From Hemiscyllium ocellatum (lineage: Eukaryota), in assembly GCF_020745735.1 (NCBI RefSeq), contig NW_026869311.1, positions 1 through 64,000 of the forward strand: a DNA stretch of 64,000 nucleotides. The letters are read 5' to 3'. A program made the translations under genes and the position numbers. The notes below the pieces were generated by a model that worked only from the letters and a program-made list of their open reading frames with translations, did not search any database and was not told the DNA's origin. Shown here in pieces: positions 52,719 through 64,000 of the stretch (its first letter is position 1; each line of letters opens with the position of its first letter).

Positions 52719-53629
52719 CTTCACTACTCCTGCTCACTATCACCCAGACAACTCTCGAACTGAGCCTCTTCCCCCCCCCTTGCTGTTGCATTTATCCTCC
52801 TGGGACACCCTGCACTCAACCAGTGGTGACATCACCAATGATGATTGACAAATCTTAATAGCCAAACAGAATCTCTCATCAATCCAGGCACCAATGAACA
52901 AAGGGGATGGAGATTAGTGGGGCAGGGCCAAGACCCAGAGCCAATCAGAGGTTTGAAATGTCAATATTTGGGATATTATTCTTGATGAGGTCACTGCTTT
53001 CAGATTAATAGGTTCTCAACAAACCTCCTGGTTGTATACAGCTAGATAAAAATGGAATGATTTTTTAAAGATTACTTTTGAAGTGCTTTTTCAAGTGATT
53101 TCAAGTGCTTTTTCTGATCCTTTTGCTTCAAGTGGCTGTGTTACTGAGATCTCCTATGTTGACTTCTGGCTTCATTTGAGAAGGGTTTATTCTTGGATGA
53201 AGTGATGAGATGTGCTCCCTTGGATTAACTTTTGCTTGGGGTGCACCAGACAGAGCAACAATGATTCCCATCTGGAACTGTTAGTTACATGACAGGCAGG
53301 AGCTTCCAGGGAGAAATACCACCAACAGACACAGTCAATCCACATGAACAGAAAATACATTCAGATCTTGATACCCGTTCTAGATGAAACAAGAATTCAA
53401 GATGCAGTGAATGTCCAATGGTCACAATGGGCTTTGACCAAACTGACAGACATCATGTGGCCACTCAATGGTCCCCACAGGCTTTGATGAAAGCCTATGG
53501 TTGTACTGGCTCTGGGGGCAATTATTGATTGATCCTTCCCACAGGAACTGCTTCCAATCAATATCTACCTGCGGACATGGATTAAAACATCAAAGTGGTA
53601 AGAAGCATAAATTCTTATTGTTGAACTTC

Positions 53630-53963
53630 TATAGAATCATCACAGAATCCCTACAGTATGGAAACAGGCCATTTGGCCTGACAAGTTCACATTAACCCTC
53701 TCAAGAGTAATCCACCCAGATCCATTCCTGGACTACTCTACAGTTACCCCTCACTAATACACCTAGCACATCCCTGAACATGATGGGCAATTTAGCATGG
53801 CCAATTCACCTCACCTGAACATCTTTGGATAGTGGGAGGAAACAGGAGCACCAAAGGACACCCACGCAGACACGGGGTGAATGTGCAAACGCCACACAGA
53901 CAGTCACCTGAGGCTGCAATCAAACCAAGGTGCTGGCAGTGCTAACTACTGAGCCATTGTGCC
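53630..53963 (-). mobile_element. HE1-like SINE
   Basis: Reverse-complement head GGCACAATGGCTCAGTAGTTAGCACTGCC and conserved core. Confidence 0.78.
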
Positions 53964-53999
53964 CTATACAGCGGCAAAATGAAATATGACTGCAAACAT

Positions 54000-55830
54000 A
54001 AAACAATGCAGGGACTTAAATCTCATATTGCTGATGTCAGTTCGCAAGAAGAATGTAGATTATCCAAATGGCAATAGTTTGGGAAGTTGGAGTGCGGGGA
54101 AGATGCAACAAGACCTGGGTATCCTTGAACACCAACTGCTGAAAGAAACATGCAGCTGCAGCAGGCAGGGATGACCGCAGATGGCCTGTTGGCCTTTGCA
54201 ACAGAAAGATGAGAATATAGGAGCAGGGACGTCTTGCTGGAATTGTACAAGTTATTGATAAGACCATACGCTGAATGGTGTGTGCAGTTTTGGTCTCATG
54301 GTGGATATTCTGACTGCAAATGGAGTTTAATACAGGTATGTGTGAGGCCTTGCATTTTGGAAAGTCAAATCAAGGTAGGAGTTTTATGGTGAATGGTAGA
54401 ATCTTAAGGAGTGTAGTGGAACAGAGGGACTTTGAAGTTCAGGTTCACAATTCTCTGAAAGTGGAGTCACATGTAGACAGGGCAGTGAAAAATGCTTTTG
54501 GCACACTGGCCTTCATTGGGTAGAGCATTGAGTATAGAAGTTGGGAAATGTTGCAGTTATTACAGGACTTTGATGAGGCCACACTTGGAGTATTGTGTTC
54601 AATTTCAGGCACCTTGCTATATGAAGGATGGTATTAAATTGGAAAGAGTGCAGAAGAAATTTACACTGACTCAATGGTCTAGGTTATAGGGAAAGGTTGG
54701 ACAAACTAGGACTTTTTTCTTTAGAATGGAGGAGACTAAGGGAAGATCTTACAAAAGTGTATAAGATCATGAGGAGTATAGATAGGGTGATTGCATTCTG
54801 TCTTTTTGCCAGGGCTGGGGAATCGAGGAGAAAGAATAAAAGGGAACCCAAGTGTCAACTTTTTTACAAAGGGTGGTACGCATACGGAATGAGCTGCCAG
54901 TGGAAGTGGGTACATTAACAAAACTTCAAAGACATTTGGACAAATACACAGATAGGAAAGGATTAGAAGAATATGGGCCAACTTGCAGGGAAATGGGGTG
55001 AGCATGGATGGACATTTTGGTTGGCATGGACTGGTTTGGACCAAAGGGCCTGTTTTTGTGCTGTAGGGTTCCATGACTCCAATAAAAATTACCACATGGA
55101 AGGACTGAATGAAGGATAGCTGGATCATTAAGACTATATATACACACACACACACTGGAGCTTAGAAGGTTAGTGGTGATAAGGGGAAGAACGCCAGAAG
55201 CCCATGAAATTATAATAGGGCAAAGAGATCTTGCTCAATAGGCTAAAGAGTAGCAGAGAGACTTGATTTTGGATAAGCGTTAAGGTATTGCATTTTGGTA
55301 AAACAACAAGGGCATGACTTATACAAGTGAAGTAGACCCTTGGATAGTACTGTAGACCAGAGACCAAGGGACTCTGATACATAATCCTTGGAAGTTTGTG
55401 TCACATGTGGACAAGGCTTTTAAAGACATTTAGCATACTTGCTTTCCTTGCTCAGTCATTTGAGTTAGATCATCATGTTGGGATTGTACAGGACATTGGA
55501 GGGGCTTTTCCTGGAGTACTTCGATCAGCTCTGGTCACTACTATAGGAAGGCAATTATTAACTTTGAGGTTTCAGTAAAGATATACCAGAATGTTGCTAG
55601 GATTGGAGACTTTGAATTACAAAGGGAGGCTGGAACAGAGGAGGCTAAATGACCTCAGAGGTATAGATAAGGTGATTGACAGGTGCCTTTGCCTAAGAAA
55701 AGAAGGAATTTCAGATGGTTTTTTTTTTAAAATATAAAATTACAAGAATAAAGTTTGACTTTTTGTGAAACCACCATATTAGTTTTTGTGTGGAATGAAC
55801 TGCTAGAGGAAGTGGTGAATAAGTACAGTT
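54000..55830 (+). mobile_element. Cluster of degraded CR1-type LINE 3' fragments
   Basis: MEFNTGMCEALHFGKSN, YRTLMRPHLEYCVQF, LERVQKKFT, LGLFSLEWRRLREDL. At least three partial copies. Confidence 0.82.
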
Positions 55831-56335
55831 ATACAAGTGTCTTGCCAAGATTGTAAGTTCATACAAAAAGCAAGTGGAGATGTAGGAGCCAAGAACATGT
55901 AGAGGGGACTGGCTTGATTAGGACTAATGAAACATTTCTCCATCCTTGAAAAGCCTACACAGATTTCCCTAACACTGCAGTGGAAGCCAAAACACAGATC
56001 AGAGAAAAATAGAATTAAGGCTAAAGATATCAAAGGTAGAGTTGAATGCTCAGTCATGATGGTGTTGAAATAGTCAATGGACCAAGTGACATTGTTCCAT
56101 TTTCTAGAGCCCAAGATTAGATTGTAAAGAGGAAACTTACATTAAAAAAGTCTTTCAAACAATGCTCTTTGGCCTTGAGCTGGGACTGAGAATTGGCAGA
56201 TTGAAAGAGTGATCTTAAATGGTTTCCATCACTGCACAGATGTTGGTTCCAAATTAAAGAGGCACAAACAAGTAAATATTAAGTGTTTTATTTCAAGTTA
56301 CACATTTCACAAAGCCCAACTGAGAAGTACACAGT

Positions 56336-58384
<2,049 letters not shown>

Positions 58385-59359
58385 TCACTATCACCTAGAC
58401 AACTCTAGAACTGAGCCTCTCTCCCACTAGTTGCTGTATTTATCTTCCTGGGACACCCTGCACTCAACCAGGGCGTGGTAGCACCAATTATGATTGACAA
58501 TCCCTGACAGAAAATCAGGAATTTCCAATCAATCCAGGAACCAATGAACATAACAGGGAGGACTGTGAGGGAGGAGCAGAGACCCAGAGCCAATCAGAGA
58601 TCTGGAAGATAGATAGGTTTGAGAGATGAAACTTAATGATATCATTACTTATGGAGTAATAGATTCTGTGCACACTCCAAACTAGCTGGATGCTTCCAGT
58701 TGGATGTGACTGAATGATAAATGGAAACACGATATTAACTTTCACTCCACCTTTTCTAAACATTTGAATGTGTTCCCACAAATTAAATGCTAAGTATTTA
58801 TTTTGTTGGCTTCAAAATGCACCAAATTTCTAATGTTCATGCATTAATGGGACATGGGCATCGTGAGCTTGGCCAACATTTATTGCCTGTCCCTGGTTGC
58901 CCTTCTGTAGATGATGGTGAACTGCCTTCTTGAACCGAAGCAGTCAATTGGCTTAGCTACACCCACAGGACTGTTAGGGAGGGGGATCCAGGATTTGGAC
59001 CCAGTGACACTGAAGAAAGGCCAATGTATTTCCAAGTCAGGATGGAGAGTGACTTGGGGGGAACTTCCTTGTCCTTGTATATGGTATCGGTCGTGTGTTT
59101 GGAAGGTGCAGACTCAGGTCCCGGAAGGAATTACTCTCGTACATCTTGTGGATAGTACACACAGCTGCCACTGAGTGTCAGTGGAAGGGGGAGTGAATAT
59201 TTGTGGATGTGGTGCCAAACAAGTGGGCTGCTTTGTCCTGGGTGGTGTTGAGCTTCTTGTATGTTGTTGGAGATGTGCTCATTCAGGTAAGTAGGGAGTA
59301 TTCCATCTCACTCCGGAGTTATGTTTTGAAGGTGGGAGATGGGCTGTTGGGAGTCAGAG

Positions 59360-59952
59360 GAGAAAGTGAGGACTGCAGATGCTGGAGATCAGAGCTGAAA
59401 ATATGTTACTGGAAAAGCACAGCAGGTCAGGCAGCATCCAAAGAGCAGGCGATTTGACGTTTCGGGCATAAGCCCTTCTTCAGGAATGAGGAAAGTTTGT
59501 CCAGCAGGCTAAGATAAAAGGTAGGGAGGAGGGACTTGGGGGAAGGGCGTTGGAGAAGTGCTAGGTGGAAGGAGGTCAAGGTGAGGGTGATAGGCCAGAG
59601 GGGGGTGGGGGTGGAGAGGTCAGGAAGAAGATTGCAGGTTAGGAAGGCGGTGCTGAGTTCGAGGGATTTGACTGAACGTGGCTGAAGAGCTTCTGTGCAG
59701 AGGAGATGACCTGGGGTGTGCAGTGAGAGAGGGACTCACTGAAATCCTTGTAGAGGGAGGAAGAGAGCTTCCTCAAGGAAGGCATCCTTGCAAGAGGATT
59801 CGCAGTAGGTTAAAATCTTCGAGGAGAAAGTGAGGATTGCAGATGCTGGAGATCAGAGCTGAAAATGTGTTGCTGGAAAAGCGCAGTGGGTAAGGCAGCA
59901 TCCAAACAGCAGGAGAATTGACGTTTCTCCTCCCAGCAACACATTTTCAGCT
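59360..59952 (-). mobile_element. Second Penelope-like family: tandem terminal repeats with a short inversion
   Basis: Two copies of GAGAAAGTGAGGA(C/T)TGCAGATGCTGGAGATCAGAGC.... CTGAAGA-AGGGCTTATGCCC-GAAACGTC core on the minus strand. 16-bp TSD CTGTTGGGAGTCAGAG. Confidence 0.8.
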
Positions 59953-60053
59953 CTGTTGGGAGTCAGAGATTAGTTACTTGCTGCAGGATCCCTAGCCTCT
60001 CTGAATTTATCTGAACAGTCCCGTTCATATTCTGGTCAGTGGTAATCCCAGGA

Positions 60054-61133
60054 TGTTGTGGTTCTGTTCGCCGAGCTGGAAGTTTTTGCTGCAAACGTTT
60101 CGTTCCCTGGCTAGGGAACATCATCAGTGCTATTGGAGCCTCCTGTGAAGTGCTGCTTTGATGTTTCTTCCGGTATTTATAGTGGTTTGTTCTTGCCGCT
60201 TCCGGGTGTCAGTTTCAGCTGTAGTAGTTTGTATGTGGGGTCCAGGTCGATGTGTCTGTTGATGGATGTTCTTGCCGTTTCCGGGTGTCAGTTTCAGCTG
60301 TAGTGGTTTGTATATTGGGTCCAGGTCCATGTGTCTGTTAATGGAGTTAGTGGATGAATGCCATGCCAGGAATTCCCTGGCTGTTCTTTGTCTGGCTTGT
60401 CCTATGATGGTAGTGTTTTCCCAGTCAAATTCATGTTCCTGGCTGTCTGAGTGTATGGCTACTAGGGATAGCTGGTCGTGTTGTTTTGTGGCTAGCTGAT
60501 GTTCATGGATGCGGATTATTAGCTGTCTTCCTGTTTGTCCTATATAGTGTTTTGTGCAGTCCTTGCATGGTATTTTATAAACTACATTAGTTTGGCTCGT
60601 GCTGGCTATTGGGTCCTTTGTTCTAGTGAGTTGTTGTCTGAGTGTGGAAGTTGGCTTGTGTGTTGTTATGAGTCCTAAGGGTCGCAGTAGTCTGGCTGTC
60701 AGTTCTGAGACGCTCCTGACGTATGGTAGTGTGGCTAGTCCTTTTGGTTGTGGCGTGTCCTCGTTCCGTGGTCTATCTCTTAGGCATCTGGTGATAAAGT
60801 TGCGTGGGTATCCGTTTTTGGCGAATACCTTATAGGTGTTCCTCTTCCTCTTTTCGCAGTTCTAGTGTACTGCAGTGTGTTGTGGCTCTTTTGAATAGTG
60901 TCCTGATGCAGCTTCGTTTGTGTGTGTTGGGGTGGTTACTTTCATAGTTTAAGATTTGGTCTGTGTGTGTTGGTTTCCTGTGTACCCTTGTGGTGAATTC
61001 TCCGTTGGGTGTTCTCTCTACTAACACGTCTAGGAATGGGAGTTGGCTATCCTTTTCCTCTTCTCTCGTGGATCGTATTCCTGTGAGTGTGGCGTTGATG
61101 ATTCGGTGTGTTTTTTCTATTAATTTTTCTGTT
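60054..61133 (-). mobile_element. 5'-truncated Penelope-like element (RT C-terminus plus GIY-YIG)
   Basis: LPFLDVLVERTPNGEFTTRVHRKPTHTDQILNYESNHP...CKDCTKHYIGQTGR. TSD TAATCCCAGGA(T). Hammerhead motif at 60130-60091. Confidence 0.92.
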
Positions 61134-63704
61134 TAATCCCAGGATATTGATAGTGGGGGATTCTTGGTAATGTTATTGAATGTCATGGGGTAATGGTTAG
61201 ATTCTCCTTTAGTGGAGGTGGCCATTGCCTGGTACTTATATGGCTCAAATATAAATTGTCAGTTGTCAGCCTGAACCTGGATATTGTCCAATCCTTACCG
61301 TATATAGAAATTGACCGCTTCACTTTATGAGAAATTATAAGCTACTTTGTAAAAGCAGTTGAGAAATAAAACCAGAACATGCTGGAGAGTCTCCGTGGGT
61401 CTGGCCGAATCTGTGGGAGGATGCGTAAAGTTAATGTTGAGTCCAATGACTGAGTCAAAATGTGACTCAAATTATTAACTCTGTTTCTCTCTCCAAAGAG
61501 GCTGGCAGCTCTGCTGAGATTCTTCAGCAATTTCTGCTGTGGTTCCAGATTTCCATTTTCTGTGGGATTTTGATTTTTTTTTAATCAAAATGGTTCAATT
61601 CCAGGGTGAGGTGGAGATGTGTTCCCTTTGATTAACCTCAGTGTGAGATAGGCCTGACAGAGTGGCTTTGATTCACATCTGGAGCCACCAATAACATCTC
61701 ACTGAGAAGCCTCTTGTGAAAGATGCCTGTGGGCACAGTTGATGTGTCTGACCAGAAACTGTATTCATGTATTTACGCTCGTTCTGGTCAAAAACGATCC
61801 AACACGTATTGATATCCAGCGGTCACAAAGACCTTATCCAAATGGATGGACATCACATGGTCACTCAATGATCATCAGAGACTTTGAAAAATGCCTTTGG
61901 ATACTGGCTCTGGGGGTAACTACTGACAGATGCTTTATCTAAGATTACATTGAATTTAGTATCCCTAATTTATTCGGGAGTAGGGATGGGGATAGATTCA
62001 AAACAAAATCAAGGTGGTGAAAAACAAACTCCTACAGATGATTTTCGTCACAATGACAGAGATGAAATAGGACTGTAAATATCTTTGTGAGCTACAAGGA
62101 CATAAATATCTAACTTTGTTACTGTTCCCATCAAATTCCTAACATTCTATTCTATGGGATATGGATAATGGCCAGGCCAGCATTTACCCCATCCCTAGAG
62201 CCAATCATATTGCTGTAGGTGAGTCTGGAGTCCCGTGTAGGCCAGCTCAGGTAAGGACAGCAGATTTCTTTCCCTGAAGAGCAGTTGTGTACCAGGTCGG
62301 GATTCTCCCTGACAATGGACAACAGCTTCATGGTCGCAGAATGTGGTGCTGGAAAAGCACAGCAGGTCAGGCAGCATCCGAGGAGCAGGGGAATTGATGT
62401 TTGGGGTATGAGCCCTCCATCAGGATAAAAGGCTGATACCCGAAATGTCGACTCGAGGGCCGATGGGCCTATACTACGCTGTAACGTTCTCCTGCTCCTC
62501 AGATGCTGCCTGACCTGCTGTGCTTTTCCAGCACCACACATTTTGACTCTGACCCCCAGCATCTGCATTCCTCACTTTCTCCTAACAGCTCCATGGTCCT
62601 CTTTGACTGGATATTTGGATGTGGAGGAGGGTGAAGGTGAAGCATTTACTTCTGTCCACATTGAATTCACAATGCCCTATCTAAATTGGTTAATGGAGCA
62701 CTGTTCCACAGACTCCACTCCTGCCAATATCTTAACTTGGCTGCTGTTGAGGTGTACTTGTCTAGGTTATAGAGAGGCTTAGAGAGAGGAGTTTACTTCA
62801 AATAGTGAACATTATGGCTACGTTCAGCATCGTCCAAGCAGCCACTCTTGCAGGTTCTCACGGTGTAGGGTTAAACTTCCCCAGTGAGTCTAATGCAGTA
62901 ATTGTGGATTGGAGAGAGGGCCTAGGGCCATCACATGTTAAGATTACTGTGACATTCCACAGATTCACCAACTTTTCAGATTACCTAAACCAGGAAAGCT
63001 CTAAAGTAGACAAAAAAAATTCCAACCTTGCAGATTAGACAATAATATTCACAGGACAGTATCCTCACCACTTCAAGCACAGTTTAATGAGCTATGGAGA
63101 TAAGCCTCCAGGCTTTGCTTCTAAGAAAACCAGCAAGTTTAATACAGTTGTGATTTCCAGAGAGAACTTACTGTGAAACTTGCTCTAATTTAGGATGCAA
63201 GGAGTGGGGAAGGTGGTTATGGATTTGAAAAACCAAAACAGCTGAGGTTTTAGTCTAACTGGTGATGGTCAGATAGTGTTAGCAAAGTTATTAACAGCAG
63301 CACTGGCCCTTGCACTTGTCTACAGACAAAGTTTGTAAAACTCCTCTTGCAGATCAGAATCTGGTAGTGCTAGTCTCCCCCCATACTGGGGTAAACATTT
63401 GCTCCATAAAGCCTGCTCTATACCTGGTCTTATACCCACCCCACATATTTGGTGTCAGATGAAGTAATTTGGACTGGATTTAATTATTGATCTGGATCAA
63501 GAGATCCTCTGATAGCAAGTCACAGCACAGACCTATATACAGTTTGACCTACTAGGCAGCAAAAAACAATCCAACAATGAGCAGTTTATTTACAATTGGT
63601 ACATTCCATCATCAAGCCCAGGACAGTAAACTACTTCCACAGCTTCACATTCTATAGAACTCATTCATAGAGAAAACAACAAAGTCTTGCTCCCTGCAGT
63701 CAGT

Positions 63705-63884
<180 letters not shown>

Positions 63885-64000
63885 TTATGTCAAGATCAAC
63901 TTGACTTTTCTCTAAGCCTGGTATTCCCCTCAGTATGGAGAGTGGACAGTTAAGTGATGTGACAGATTGCTGAAGAGCCTTTAGAAAGTGCTCAGATCTG

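Overview
Eukaryotic (vertebrate) DNA. The repeat content (HE1-like tRNA SINEs, CR1/L2 LINE fragments, two Penelope families) points to a cartilaginous fish, probably a shark; this is an inference. The window lies inside a tandem array of four-exon ferritin genes, all on the minus strand. Seven copies are complete (173 or 176 aa), one is truncated by the left edge and one by the right edge. All keep the H-type ferroxidase centre. Their exons are almost identical at the nucleotide level while their introns are divergent and mosaic. They have short 5' leaders with no visible iron-responsive element, and a shared multi-CCAAT promoter. One copy appears to be a chimera made by unequal crossover in exon 4 (6.5-6.9 kb tandem duplication). 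Between copies 1 and 2 is a nested insertion: a 10,013-bp class I (gamma/epsilon-like) endogenous retrovirus with ~99% identical LTRs and a 4-bp TSD, but with gag/pro/pol/env decayed almost beyond recognition. It carries a 9-copy hairpin array after its candidate splice donor and an E2F-like site array, and it is inserted in the RNase H region of a deleted Gypsy element. Several Penelope insertions with TSDs and hammerhead-ribozyme motifs, a Gypsy solo LTR and a 155-N assembly gap complete the window.
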